DNA of 37,394 nucleotides from an uncultured euryarchaeote. GTDB taxonomy: Archaea > Thermoplasmatota > Poseidoniia > Poseidoniales > Poseidoniaceae. The stretch covers positions 1-37,394 of the forward strand of contig CALCOP010000094.1 of assembly GCA_937897365.1 (NCBI GenBank), read 5' to 3'. How positions within the stretch are numbered: position 1 is the stretch's first letter; each line of letters opens with the position of its first letter. The position numbers and the translations under genes are program-made. Shown piece by piece: positions 9,485 through 20,800 of this stretch. Under the pieces are notes generated by a model. The model ran no database searches. It was not told the origin of the DNA and saw only the letters and a list, made by a program, of their open reading frames with translations.

Positions 9485-10336
9485 TCAATTCCCTATGGGA
9501 GTGAACAAAATAGAGCTACCTGCTTGAACGAATTCCCCCTTTGGAAATTCAGGATTTTGTTCCTCTGCAGAACATACATTCGGGGTGAAAAATGCTGCGC
9601 ATACTCGCAAATCAACACGAGAACCAAGTCGAATCATTCCGTAGCGTTGTCCTCGACGAACCTCGGAATCAACATCAAGCCATGGAACGATGGTTCGTGC
9701 CAAGGCACCAGAAATTTGAGTAACTTCGACGAACAGTCCTTCCTTGCTTTTGAAAACGCTACGGACTCGTTCGTTATACTGGCTTTCCTTTTTGTACGCA
9801 GCAACAAATGGACCTCGGCGCAATCCCTTTCCGGCCCTATGTTCCATTCGATGTAACGTGCCTGCAAGTGGCGCACGATTGACATGAACGTCTAAGGGTG
9901 ACATGAAAATGGCAACTCGGAAAACATCCGTATCTGATTCTTGTCCCTTTGGGACTGCATCAAAGCGTTGCTCAGTTTCAAATTGAAGGGGATTTGACGT
10001 TGGCTCTGGAAACCAATCCCCGGTTAAGGCGTCCGTCACACACATTCCAGATTCAATCTCTGATTTTGAGGGGCGGCGACCGGTGGCGCGCTCACGTCGA
10101 ATGAACATAACACGTCCATCGGCAGGACTGACCAGCACTCCCTTGTCACGAGGAATTGGCCTGTCTGGGTCTCTCCAAAAATTAGCGAAGAAGGCTGAAA
10201 GCATGAAACAAAAGATGCCAAAAAAGGGAATGAGTCCATACAGGGGGTCGATTACTGCACCAATAATGAGTGCACTACCACCCATGAGAATTGGGATGAG
10301 AACTGGAGCGTGGCCACCATGGGCCAAACCTGCCAT
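9485..10336 (-). CDS. psd: Phosphatidylserine/archaetidylserine decarboxylase proenzyme
   Basis: FWRDPDR, SPADGRV, IFMSPLDVHVNRAP, NER, and self-cleavage motif MIRLGSRVD; N-terminal TM helices. Confidence 0.9.
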   Translation of the reverse strand: MAGLAHGGHAPVLIPILMGGSALIIGAVIDPLYGLIPFFGIFCFMLSAFFANFWRDPDRPIPRDKGVLVSPADGRVMFIRRERATGRRPSKSEIESGMCVTDALTGDWFPEPTSNPLQFETEQRFDAVPKGQESDTDVFRVAIFMSPLDVHVNRAPLAGTLHRMEHRAGKGLRRGPFVAAYKKESQYNERVRSVFKSKEGLFVEVTQISGALARTIVPWLDVDSEVRRGQRYGMIRLGSRVDLRVCAAFFTPNVCSAEEQNPEFPKGEFVQAGSSILFTPIGN

Positions 10337-10345
10337 AAAAAACCC

Positions 10346-11146
10346 TCAATCAGTAGCCCAAGGATCTTCGCCGTCTGCCCAAGTAGCAGCTGCTGTCGTT
10401 CCAGAACTGGCTTTCTCTTCAACAACTTCTTCAGTAGCCTTTTCGGTTACTTCTTCGGTCGATTCTTCGGTCGATTCTTCAGATGCAGGAGTTGCTTCTT
10501 CTGCGGTGGTTTCTTCCACCACTTCCGGAGATTCAGCGCTTTCTGAAGAGTTAATCGATTCTGCTTCTTCAATCGTCATTTCAGCTGCACGAGATTCAAC
10601 CATTTCTTCGATTCTTTCGGTGAAGGCACGAGCCATGTGTTGTGATTTTCGTTCTGCTTCAATTGCGCTTTCAATCATCTCATATCGTACCTTAATCGCT
10701 TGATTAAGGTCCTCAAAAATCTTCATGTGGTCGACATACCAGTCGTCACGAGCCTTCATCTCTTTAACAGCAAGGTGAAGGTCGTTGTCAAGTTCTTCGG
10801 CAATTGAATAGACCTTGCCAAGACGGTCTTTTTCTCGAGTATACTTCTCTTCCATTTTCTCGAGTTCAGGTTCAAGCCGTTCAACGGTTTTACTCGACAT
10901 TGCCGCACGAAGTTCAAGTTCGCGAACACGGTTGTCTTTTTCATCAAGCAAACTCTGCAGGGAATCCTTCTCAACTGCGGCTTCAATAATTTCTTTTTCA
11001 AGGACTTCGATTGTAGCAAGTGCATCGTCTAAATCTTGTTGAGTGCCTTGAAATGCCTCATACAGAACTTCAATTTTGACTTTCAAATCCTCAACGGTTT
11101 CCGTTGACGTGGTGTCGGCTGGGGGAATGGCTCCTTCTTCGGTCAT
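10346..11146 (-). CDS. Acidic coiled-coil protein of unknown function
   Basis: Heptad-rich E/K/L core, E/S/T-rich tail, terminal WADGEDPW. Start chosen at ATG 11146 with a GGTGA RBS instead of 11254. Confidence 0.7.
   Translation of the reverse strand: MTEEGAIPPADTTSTETVEDLKVKIEVLYEAFQGTQQDLDDALATIEVLEKEIIEAAVEKDSLQSLLDEKDNRVRELELRAAMSSKTVERLEPELEKMEEKYTREKDRLGKVYSIAEELDNDLHLAVKEMKARDDWYVDHMKIFEDLNQAIKVRYEMIESAIEAERKSQHMARAFTERIEEMVESRAAEMTIEEAESINSSESAESPEVVEETTAEEATPASEESTEESTEEVTEKATEEVVEEKASSGTTAAATWADGEDPWATD
10451..10480. repeat. 12-bp tandem repeat TTCTTCGGTCGA x2.5 (encodes EEST EEST EE)
   Basis: Read directly in the acidic tail of the coiled-coil gene. Confidence 0.8.
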
Positions 11147-11250
11147 TGTTTCACCCGGAGGCAAGCCTCCATGAACAGCCACACACCTCCACCCTATCAA
11201 GCCGACGCCTGAAAGCGTAGATAAAAGACCAAGATATTCAACGACTGGAA

Positions 11251-12213
11251 TCAACGAAAAGAGTCGGTAATTGCTACGAGTTCTCTTGCAATACTCACTT
11301 CTCCCATTGAGTGCCCGGCGTCTTGAACGATTATCAAATTACTACTGGGTAATGCTTTGTGCAACTCCCATGCACTGCGAGCAGGACAGACGACATCGTA
11401 TCGACCTTGAACGATGTTACATGGAATCTCCTGAATGGTATCAACGTGGTTGAGAATATGCGCTTCATCCAGAAAAATACCATTGATGAAGTAGTGGCAT
11501 TCTATTCTCGCAAAAGCAACGGCAAAATCGAGGTCTTCGGCTTTTTCAAGGTAGGAAGCATCGGGGAAAAGCCGGCTTGTAGCCATTTCCCAGCGCGTCC
11601 ATTCTTTTGCTGCTGCACGGCGAATTTCAACATCATCGCTGGTTAAACGAGTGTGATATGCCTGGATGAGATCGCCTTGTTCCTGCTTCGGAATATGTTC
11701 GCGATAGGATTCAAAGGCATCGGGAAAGATATGACTGGCTCCATCTTGATAAAACCAGTGTAACTCACTTTTACGACACATAAAAATGCCCCGAAGCATC
11801 AAACTCTCAACTCTCTTTGGGTATTCTTGGGCATATACGAGCGACAGTGTTGAGCCCCACGAGCCTCCAAAAACATGCCACTTCTCAATTCCAAATGCCT
11901 CTCTAAGTTGTTCAATATCGCTAACAGAGGCTTGCGTATTATTTTCTGTGAGTTCTGCATAAGGCGTAGACTTTCCACAACCTCGTTGGTCAAATTGTAT
12001 GATGTTATACACTGCTGGATCGAAATATTGTCGGTATGCTGGTTGACCTCCACCGCCAGGCCCACCGTGAATGACAATTACGGGTAAACCACCTGGATTA
12101 CCGCTTTTTTCCCACGCAATGGTATGCATTTCAGAAACGCTGAGCATTCCGGAATCATAGGGTTCAATTGGAGGATAGAGTACGTCATCGAGCGTCGTGG
12201 TAACATCGAGCAT
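11251..12213 (-). CDS. pip: Proline iminopeptidase (S33 alpha/beta hydrolase)
   Basis: LYPPIEPY, HGGPGGG, DQRGCGKS, GGSWG nucleophile, QGRYDVVCP, DAGHS. Start at ATG 12213 with a GGAGG RBS. Confidence 0.93.
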   Translation of the reverse strand: MLDVTTTLDDVLYPPIEPYDSGMLSVSEMHTIAWEKSGNPGGLPVIVIHGGPGGGGQPAYRQYFDPAVYNIIQFDQRGCGKSTPYAELTENNTQASVSDIEQLREAFGIEKWHVFGGSWGSTLSLVYAQEYPKRVESLMLRGIFMCRKSELHWFYQDGASHIFPDAFESYREHIPKQEQGDLIQAYHTRLTSDDVEIRRAAAKEWTRWEMATSRLFPDASYLEKAEDLDFAVAFARIECHYFINGIFLDEAHILNHVDTIQEIPCNIVQGRYDVVCPARSAWELHKALPSSNLIIVQDAGHSMGEVSIARELVAITDSFR

Positions 12214-12290
12214 GAACCCTCCATCACGAGGTGAATGATGTTCCTTTCGCAATGGACATCTTCTTGGAATGGTTCGGCTCAAAGCCAAAC

Positions 12291-12908
12291 ATGGGCCGGA
12301 GAAAAGCAACTGCATTGTTCAGCGAGTGGGCAATGAAAGGAAAAGATGAGGGGATGGAGCGCGGACATGCAGCTTCAGTTCAAGAAATGTTACAACTCGC
12401 CCAAATTCCCCGAGCAAGCCCGTACTCTGCTATCGATGTTGGTTGCGGAAACGGATGGGTGTGTCGAAAAATAAATGACGACCCTATGTGCCAAAAAGTG
12501 GAAGGCGTCGATGGTTCGGCTACGATGATAGAAAAAGCAAAGGAAACGGACCCTGCTGGGTTTTACTTCCACGGAAACCTCCCTGAGTGGGAGCCCACAG
12601 AGGGCGTCGATTTCATTCACAGTATGGAGTTTCTCTATTACCTCAAAGACCCTGCAGCAATGCTCAAAATCTTTCATGATTCATGGCTCAACAGCGATGG
12701 AATGTTGGTCGCTGGCGTCGACCATTATCTTGAAAATCAAGACAGTTTAACTTGGCCTGATGCCCTCGATGTGCACATGACTACAATGAGCGAAGAGCAG
12801 TGGCATGAAGCGATGTTAAAGGCTGGTTTTGTCAATGTAACAATGCACCGTGTCGGATTGAAAGAAGGCTTTGTTGGGACCCTGGTGATGGTCGGACACA
12901 AACAATAA
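12291..12908 (+). CDS. Class I SAM-dependent methyltransferase
   Basis: IDVGCGNGW motif I, GVDGS motif II, SMEFLYYL. Start uncertain (12231, 12252 or 12291). Confidence 0.85.
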   Translation: MGRRKATALFSEWAMKGKDEGMERGHAASVQEMLQLAQIPRASPYSAIDVGCGNGWVCRKINDDPMCQKVEGVDGSATMIEKAKETDPAGFYFHGNLPEWEPTEGVDFIHSMEFLYYLKDPAAMLKIFHDSWLNSDGMLVAGVDHYLENQDSLTWPDALDVHMTTMSEEQWHEAMLKAGFVNVTMHRVGLKEGFVGTLVMVGHKQ

Positions 12909-12909
12909 C

Positions 12910-15900
12910 TCATTTCCTTAAGGGGCGAGGGCCGAGTGTGTCACCTTCTCCAACACAGAGGCGAATATCTCCACGACAAAATGAGCACGATGGACAGGTA
13001 TTGTTGCTTCCTTCGCCTCCAATTGGTGGCTCACTGACTGTTTCGGGCGCAGCAGATAGCTGAGCCATCCATTCGAGATGTTGTGAAAACACTGCCTTTG
13101 CATCATCAAATTCTGTGCTCGTCATTTGAAGAATCCTTCCGGACGCCCCCATGAGTAGAGAGGGAGGGAGTATGGTTCGACGTTCAGATTCAGGTTTTTG
13201 TTGCTCCATTGATTCAAGTGCAAGTGAATACAAAGTAAGTTGGAGTTTATGTTGCTCAAGAATCGATCTCTCGGCTGGTGTTGAAGGAAAAGGACTGAGA
13301 ACATCGCCTTCATATTGTTGTAAAGGACTTCCCTCCATCGGGTTTTCAGGATTAAACGAATCACGGCAACCTTTGGTTTTCAAATCAACAACTTGCAAAA
13401 ATCCATGGCCCTCACTGTTGCGTAAGGCGAGAACAAGGTCGGCTCTACCATCAAATACAATATCGACATGGTCAACCTTTGAAAGCGCAACCGGCCCATT
13501 AACGGAAAATCCGGTTCGATAGAGTTCCTCAAATACAACTTTATTGACGTAATAAAAGGGCAACTCCGTTCTTAAACCTTCGACGACATAACCATGATAT
13601 TGTCCTCCATCGGCGTATTTGCCAAGTAACCCGTCACGAACTAATCGGCCCAATTCAGCTAACCTTTGCGCCGTTGCTTCAGCGATTTCCAAATCCGAAT
13701 TTTCAACCCCGATTCCCTCTTCAGCCATGACCCGGCGAATGGTTTCTCTATCATCGAGCATGTCTTTTCCTTCATACACCCATGCGGGAGGCAAAACAGA
13801 AACCGCTGGAGCATTTTTCGACGCTGGATTGGCAAGACCAATTTCAATCAAACGATGCATGAGCGTCCCAAATGTAGTAGCTTCTGGAAAAGATGACGGT
13901 GATTGGTGTTTCATATTTGGATTCGGTGAGAAGAAGTGCAGTGGCTCTGGATTCCATCCTTTGACTTCTGTGAGCCAATGTTGACGAGGAGAATTATAAC
14001 TTGAATCAAGGCTATGCGCAGGCATTCTCATGATTTGACTAACCTTCGGAAGGGGGGTCGGGGCCAATTTGGGTTGCGAAAGTGCATTCATACGCTGTTC
14101 AATTTCATACCAGTGTTGCAGAGGAGTGAGGGTTTGTAATGTTGGGAAACATTGTGGAGAATGATAAATGTGGATTCCTTCCAACGACGAAATACCGAGT
14201 TTTGAGGTATTCGATAATGAAAACGGGTCCAATGACAGAACTGTTTCCGAGTATGTTGCTAAAGGCGTTGCAAAGTCATCGCTTTCCAATAACCAAGGCG
14301 AGTCTTCGACCGAGTTTTGATGGGAAAGGCTTCGTAGACCATCGAGTAACATTCCTCCCATCGTCTTAAGTGAAGGGCGAACGTTGACATTCAATTTCTG
14401 AGTTTTTGTATCTATTTCTGCAGTCCGATTCGGAGACCCGACCAAAATAAGCCGATCTTTTACTCGAGTGAGGGCAACGTAAAATTCTCGACGGCGCTCT
14501 GCTTGACGTTGAGCGTGGTCAATCCTTTTCGCAAATTCCCAAAGCCCATCATCAGGGCGTTCTCGGGAATTCCAAGGATTAATTCGACCTGCTACAACTT
14601 GAGGGGTGACCAAAACATTGCTTTTTGCTGCGAGAGAAGAGTCTGACTTTCCTGCATGGAACAATCCAGCAACAACAACAACTGGGGCTTGGAGTCCTTT
14701 TGCCCCATGAATTGTCATGATTTGAACTGCACCCCCTGAAGGAGTGGCAATAGCGGATGGGCCTTTCGTTCCAAGACCATCGAGATCCTTGATTCGATTG
14801 TACAGAGCGGCCGGTTCATGTCCCAGCTCATTGCCTATATTGACCAACAATGCGCATAATGATTCTGCGTTTTGGCGAGATGTGTCATCAGGGTAAGCGA
14901 CAAGAAGATCTGAATGATCCAAGATGATGTCAAACACATCGTGAACGGCGCCACAGTGCGCTAAATGTTCCAGATGCAAAGCAAGTGTTCTTACAGATTC
15001 GGTTGGAGCAAAATGCTGTATTTTCTGCCACCAATTCCCTTCAATTTCTTGCGTCATCAAAGCATGACATTGAACATCACTGAATCCCATTATAGGCGAG
15101 CGTGCAAGCGTTAAAGCGGCGTGTCGAGATGTAGGATATGCAAGTAATTCGAGACATGAAAGAAGTGGCAAAACGACCGGTTGAGCAAGCAGTGCACCTT
15201 GGCGATCAGCCATTACGGGTACACCGCGTGACTGAAGTCGAGAAATGAGGTCTGGAATGTGTTTTCGCGAGTGAACAAGAACGAGAATGTCTTCCGGAAG
15301 AACCGTGGTGGCTTGCGGGGAGAGTTGGGTAAATGACCCCTGTTCAGCATTCCAAACCTGGGTTGGTTGTTGAGAGAGTAAAGCCTGGAGTCGAGATGCA
15401 ATTAATTCATTTTCTAAGTGAGTATTCGATGCCTTAGGAGAGGTGAAGGTGTCGAAATATTCGTCCAGCTCAAGACTCGGTTCCTGTGCATCGATTTGTA
15501 ACGGTAAAAGCCATTCTAAAACCCCCTGTTGTTGTGTTTCTCGAGCAGCGCGAAGATGCTGGTGTTCAGCATGCCAATCGCCCGGCAAAAGGTAGTGTCT
15601 CGGGGCAAAGACATCTTGGAACATACCGTTCATGGTATCCATGAGATTCGACAATGTTCGGTGATTAGATGTCAAATCGATGTGCCCCATTGCACGGCGA
15701 TTCTTGCGTTGCTCATCGATAAGATTGAATGCTTTTTCATCATCCTCGAATGCAAATTCAACATGTTCCCAAGGCTGTGAAGGAATCGTTGATTCCTGGA
15801 CTTCTGTCCCGACGATGAACGACCCACTCTCTCCGCCAGCGCCAACGGGGCGGGGGTCACGACCATGCCCATCTCGTCGCAGGTGATCCAGTCGAGGCTC

Positions 15901-17880
15901 GACCGATTCAATCTCATTAGCGGTTTTAATTGCTTCAACAGTACGGCGCATGACCGTTACTTCGGCTTGTCTAAAACGGTAGATACTCTGCTTCATATCG
16001 CCAACAATACAAACAGTAGGGTCCCAAGGTCCAAGCGGTCTTTCAGGGTCATCGGGCTTTAATCGCCGAGCCCCCCAGAGTCGAGCGAGAAGCCTGAAAT
16101 GTGCGGGGTTCGTATCTTGATACTCGTCAATAATGAACGCTCTGAATTGGCGGCGTATCGTCTGCAATACAGCATATCTTCGGTTTAAGTCCTCAAAGCA
16201 ACTTTGATCTTCACCGGCAAGCCTCATTGCGCGTGCAATATGTTGATCTAACCATGGCTCATCGCCAATACGGTCCAATGCTTGTACAACTTCATGTGGA
16301 TAAGAGTGACGGACAATGTCTGGACAGCGGGCGAGAAGTAAGTCTGCGGCTAAGCGCTGTATATCATCATAGTCATGGACGCCTTCTTGGGCTTTCATCA
16401 ATGCAAGTATATCTTGGCAGCCTCGGTGAACAAGAAGTAAATCATTGAGAACACTGGTTTGCAATTCACTGGAGATTCGAAGGTTGCCTTGAGGAGCGAT
16501 GTCGTCGAATACCGGTTCAATTGGTCTTGAACGAAGTTCGCAATCTTCAGGCATGTATGGCATATCGGATAAGGGGTCAAGTAAGAAAGAGCATTTTCCA
16601 AGTAAACGAACGAGGAGCCCTTGACGTGAATTCATGTGTTCACGTAGATTTCTTGCGAGAACTTCGGCGTGCTGATAAAGTTCATCTCGAATCCCTTTGG
16701 ACAATGTTTTCGCAGCTGTTTTACCACAAAGACCTGAGGGCCAACCATTGCAATGATTGGCTTGTGGAAGGACGCCTTTCGGGAAAAAATTAGGCTTGTC
16801 CTGTTTTTCTAACTGGTTCCAAGAAGACGCAGCCATGGCAATTTGCCAAACACGTTGAATACAAGTTGCAGGACTGTTTGGGACCGGCTCACGAGCAAGA
16901 TGAGTCAAATGATTAAACCGGGTTTGAGTCGGGTTCATTTCCGGTTCACAGGGCAGAACACAATCAGCCGAGTGGGTCAAAAAAAGGTCAACCCACTGAG
17001 AGAGCAAATCTTGCAAATGCTGCGTATATTGAATTGCAATATCTTTTACAGGTCCCACAAACATATCCAGCAAAACCTCGTGAGGCATAGGTCCTTGACC
17101 TGCCCAATCATAACCGTTTGATTCTGCACGAGCAACCATAGCATGGTGCGCTTCTTCAACGAAGAGAGACTTACCGAGCATTCCACTGAGCACAACTGCT
17201 GCTCGTTCTTGTCCACCGAGCAGTATTGCAAGACGATTCCGTGCAGAAATAAACGCTCCAACATTTCCTCTAACCCCCGCTTCAAGAGCATCGGAAATCG
17301 TACGAATTCGCCATGCAGATTGAAGTGTCTCTTGAGTAAGTAAAGGCGAGCGTTCCTCTGCAATTTGTTCACGACTTGGATGAACTGCAACAAGATCAAG
17401 ATGAGGCGATAGCAATTGTGAAAGGAAGGCGTCAATGGTTGAAATTGGCGCTTCATCGAGCGAAGAAAGAAGCATTTCCACATCTGCTTGGTCACGAACT
17501 CGTGGATCGTAAATACCATCCAAGTCATCATGGTGAAGGGGGCCGGCGCGAGTTTGTCCAACTCTCAAACGTATACGTGCTTTCAATTCTGATGCTGCTT
17601 TTTTAGTAAAAGTAATTGCAACGACTTCGCTGGGAAGGAGACCCATCCACTGTTTCTGTTCAGTTCGCTGGCGAGGCGGGGAACGAAGCGAGCCATGCCC
17701 ACTCAATGGTTCTCTCGGGCCTAAGGGGAGAAGATGGGTTGCTCGTTGCTCATGAGAGAGAAGATGCTGAACATAACGTTCAGCCATCACAGTCGTCTTT
17801 CCCGTTCCCGCTCCTGCATCAAGAGCGATGTGTTTATCGAGGTCCAAACCAAGGCGCTGGCTTCGATTGAATACAATCAT
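12910..17880 (-). CDS. addA: AddA/AdnA-like SF1 (UvrD) helicase with C-terminal PD-(D/E)XK nuclease
   Basis: AGAGTGKT, ITFTKKAASEL, ISTIDAF, IDEYQDTN, VGDMKQSIYRFRQA, NHRT, MTIHGAKGLQ, YVALTRVK. Nuclease GRADL...VDLKT...QLTLY. Confidence 0.85.
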   Translation of the reverse strand: MIVFNRSQRLGLDLDKHIALDAGAGTGKTTVMAERYVQHLLSHEQRATHLLPLGPREPLSGHGSLRSPPRQRTEQKQWMGLLPSEVVAITFTKKAASELKARIRLRVGQTRAGPLHHDDLDGIYDPRVRDQADVEMLLSSLDEAPISTIDAFLSQLLSPHLDLVAVHPSREQIAEERSPLLTQETLQSAWRIRTISDALEAGVRGNVGAFISARNRLAILLGGQERAAVVLSGMLGKSLFVEEAHHAMVARAESNGYDWAGQGPMPHEVLLDMFVGPVKDIAIQYTQHLQDLLSQWVDLFLTHSADCVLPCEPEMNPTQTRFNHLTHLAREPVPNSPATCIQRVWQIAMAASSWNQLEKQDKPNFFPKGVLPQANHCNGWPSGLCGKTAAKTLSKGIRDELYQHAEVLARNLREHMNSRQGLLVRLLGKCSFLLDPLSDMPYMPEDCELRSRPIEPVFDDIAPQGNLRISSELQTSVLNDLLLVHRGCQDILALMKAQEGVHDYDDIQRLAADLLLARCPDIVRHSYPHEVVQALDRIGDEPWLDQHIARAMRLAGEDQSCFEDLNRRYAVLQTIRRQFRAFIIDEYQDTNPAHFRLLARLWGARRLKPDDPERPLGPWDPTVCIVGDMKQSIYRFRQAEVTVMRRTVEAIKTANEIESVEPRLDHLRRDGHGRDPRPVGAGGESGSFIVGTEVQESTIPSQPWEHVEFAFEDDEKAFNLIDEQRKNRRAMGHIDLTSNHRTLSNLMDTMNGMFQDVFAPRHYLLPGDWHAEHQHLRAARETQQQGVLEWLLPLQIDAQEPSLELDEYFDTFTSPKASNTHLENELIASRLQALLSQQPTQVWNAEQGSFTQLSPQATTVLPEDILVLVHSRKHIPDLISRLQSRGVPVMADRQGALLAQPVVLPLLSCLELLAYPTSRHAALTLARSPIMGFSDVQCHALMTQEIEGNWWQKIQHFAPTESVRTLALHLEHLAHCGAVHDVFDIILDHSDLLVAYPDDTSRQNAESLCALLVNIGNELGHEPAALYNRIKDLDGLGTKGPSAIATPSGGAVQIMTIHGAKGLQAPVVVVAGLFHAGKSDSSLAAKSNVLVTPQVVAGRINPWNSRERPDDGLWEFAKRIDHAQRQAERRREFYVALTRVKDRLILVGSPNRTAEIDTKTQKLNVNVRPSLKTMGGMLLDGLRSLSHQNSVEDSPWLLESDDFATPLATYSETVLSLDPFSLSNTSKLGISSLEGIHIYHSPQCFPTLQTLTPLQHWYEIEQRMNALSQPKLAPTPLPKVSQIMRMPAHSLDSSYNSPRQHWLTEVKGWNPEPLHFFSPNPNMKHQSPSSFPEATTFGTLMHRLIEIGLANPASKNAPAVSVLPPAWVYEGKDMLDDRETIRRVMAEEGIGVENSDLEIAEATAQRLAELGRLVRDGLLGKYADGGQYHGYVVEGLRTELPFYYVNKVVFEELYRTGFSVNGPVALSKVDHVDIVFDGRADLVLALRNSEGHGFLQVVDLKTKGCRDSFNPENPMEGSPLQQYEGDVLSPFPSTPAERSILEQHKLQLTLYSLALESMEQQKPESERRTILPPSLLMGASGRILQMTSTEFDDAKAVFSQHLEWMAQLSAAPETVSEPPIGGEGSNNTCPSCSFCRGDIRLCVGEGDTLGPRPLRK

Positions 17881-20800
17881 TACGAATTCCCTCCAAACAT
17901 GTCCGGGTATACGTGACGAATTGAGTTGTATGAATAATGACGACCGGGCGTGGCATTAACAAGACCGTTTCGTGCTGTATCAATAGCTCGACTTGAAGTG
18001 CGTAGACGTTCGGCTATCAGTGCTCTGAATCCATTCTGTACAGATGAAGTCGAATTTGGGAAGCGGTAGAGTTGTTGTGAAGAGGATGTTCGTTCACCCA
18101 AATCAGAGTTTTCAAGATAATGCGCTACTGATTCGTCTATTTCGAGATAGTGTTCGGTGGATTCTCCGATTTCAGTGACACCAATTCCGACCACCCTGTC
18201 GCCGGGGTGATGCAGTTCCCATGCTCGAGCATACAAAGCAAGTTGCACTTCATCAAATAATCCTCGGCGATGCCGATTACCTCTATCTCCAGATTTTGGC
18301 CCATTTATGGTCTTGAGGTCGCGAATGACAACCAATCGATTGGCTGGCGGTAATGGGTTGTCGGATAACGACATAGGGTCACTCACACTACTTGCTGATA
18401 GAACACCATCAGCAATGGCCTGAGCCAACATTTCGGGCTCAAGAACGACTTCGTCAACACGATCAATTCGACCTCGAATCTTGAAAGGTGATGGCTCCCC
18501 CTCATCATTGCAAGCGTCCAAAACAACCGGTTGATTACCATCTAAACCGATACCAAACTCACAGGCAATGGGCGCTGCGTGAGTGAGTGAAAAATCCGCC
18601 ATTAGCATTCGACCAACACGCCCACCGATAGAAATTTCAACTTCACCTTCCAAGTAACTTCGCCATACATCCGGAGTCACCCCCAACATCTCTCGGCATC
18701 GATGAACCGCAACTGCATCGTTACGAGTGAGCCAAGGTACCTCGTCTTCTAAATATTGTAAAATCGAAAGCCAAAGTTGGTCGATTGAACCTGAAAGGAG
18801 AGGAGAGGGGGAAGAGACAGGCGCACTCGCAGTAGGGACGCCATGTGCTCGAAGAAGAGCTGCCTCTGAATCGTGTAATATCGTTCCACGCGTCCGGTTG
18901 TCGAGATCTTCTGATTGCGAGTCTTGAGGTTGAACTTTGAGATGATTTTTCATCCATGATAATCGAGGGCATTCAAGCCAAGACTGTATACGACTTGGCG
19001 ACCATACATCGACTTCGATTGGTGAGGAAAAGCCCATGACTGAATTGAGGATTTCACTCTGCGTATCATATGCTGGAAGCGGTCGTGGGTCAATAGCAGG
19101 TCCCGTACTCCTCGAACCCTTCATGCCAAGATGGGGCCATTCACCGTGCTCGTTGCTACCCAACGACACTTGACCTTTCTTAGGACGGAGAACGAGCCCA
19201 TCAGTACTGACCAGATTCTTTCGCAAGCTCCAAGGCAAATACTCATTTTTCCCCAGATTCTTGTGTGTGGGTTGACGGTGTACACGGTCTATTTGGAGTG
19301 GAACTTCATGTGCCATCGCAACACCGTTCATGGAAAGTACACTTCCTGAGACTTGACTTCCATCTTTGAGAGCTAACCCTAGACGTTGCCTCTCATCACG
19401 TCCACGATGACCAGCACGCTCTCCAAAGATTGCCCCATTTTTTGCAGTCATTGTGAATGGGCGCGGAGTGAGCCAAGCGCCACCGAATTGGTCCGATGTC
19501 CAATGCCAACTTCGATGAGGATTGCCCGATTGATGGGCGGCCTCGGGGATAAAATTTGGTGCTGCTTGTAAGGAAATAATCTCTCCGGTTTGACGTAATT
19601 CGGTGAACCACTCAGCTAAAGGTGCGCTGGGCCCACCTCCTTCTTCCATGCTGGTGTCGAATATGATAACGGTCGATGCGGCATTCAACAAATGTCGCAG
19701 ATGGTGGCGTCCCTTACGTATTGTCAAGTCAGAGTGAAGCATGCCTAAGCGCAGTTTGGCGGGAGCGTCGAGCCAAGGTACGTTTGATGACTTCATAGGC
19801 CATGAACCAACATCTAATCCAACAAGGAGAATTAAATCAGCCTCAACCCCTTGTGCTTGTTCCGGTGAGAGAATTTGTATTTGCTTTCCTTTACTTCGAG
19901 AACGTGGAACCTTCGTTAATTGCAGTAAATGGTCGAAATAACTGAAGAAATCCTGGCCTCTTGAAGGAGGTTCTAGGCCAACTTTCTCGAGGATTTTAAC
20001 GGTTAATTTATGTGATTCGCGTAGATGTTGCAAACCTGCAATAGAGCGGTCGAAACCTGCAGTACGGTTTGATAGGGAGCTCCAATCGAGTTGCGAGAGC
20101 ACCCTATCAAGCCAATGAAAGCCGTCCTTGGGACGCGGAGGAAGGGGGAGTTTTTCGCCTGATGAGCAACCGAACAATTCGGATTCCAATACTTCTTGAG
20201 TGGGTGTCTCAAGAAGAGGATACCACATTTCTGCAATACACCGCAACCACCACTGAGTCTCTTCAAGCTCTCGAAGAGACCGTTCTCGATTTCCACCAAG
20301 CTGAGGGGTTGCCTGAGAAAGCGTAGCAAGCCACCTGCGTAGTGCACCTTGTCCGCCACGAACATGGAAAGAACGGGCGATGTTTTCAAGAACATGTATG
20401 TGTGGCTGAGGGCGCCAGTTTTCTTCGCTGGGATGCAAAATCTCATCTACTCCTCCATTGGGCAACGGAATGCTTTGATGCTCGAATAATGATCTTAACT
20501 TCTCAATAGACCAAGCCTCAAGGCCATCTCCAATCCTCATAATTTGAGCAAGTCCAGCGAGTGCAGGTATCTCAGTAAGAAGTTGCTGCTCTGTTCCGGT
20601 AAGGTATCCCAAAGACTGGAGTCTTGAAGACCACACCTTTCGATTACTGTCTGCTGAACCATCGATAATGAGGACTTCTCCATTTGAAGACTGACTGTAA
20701 GCGTGGAGTATCTCGAATGCAGCGTCAATACAATGATTTCGACGGCGAACATTGACTCTGTGATACGTTGTTCCTCGTTCAATTGAACGAGACGAACGCC

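Noticed and set aside
10083..10703. 206-aa Ser-rich plus-strand ORF
   Set aside because: Antisense mirror of the Glu-rich coiled-coil gene and psd.
12214..12315. Overlapping long starts of pip and the methyltransferase
   Set aside because: Shorter starts (12213 with GGAGG; ~12291) remove the head-to-head overlap.
17880..19000. Cas4-like reading of the PD-(D/E)XK domain, or a CRISPR system
   Set aside because: It is the C-terminus of a 1243-aa protein coupled to a UvrD helicase (AddAB layout). No cas1/cas2 or repeat-spacer array is visible.
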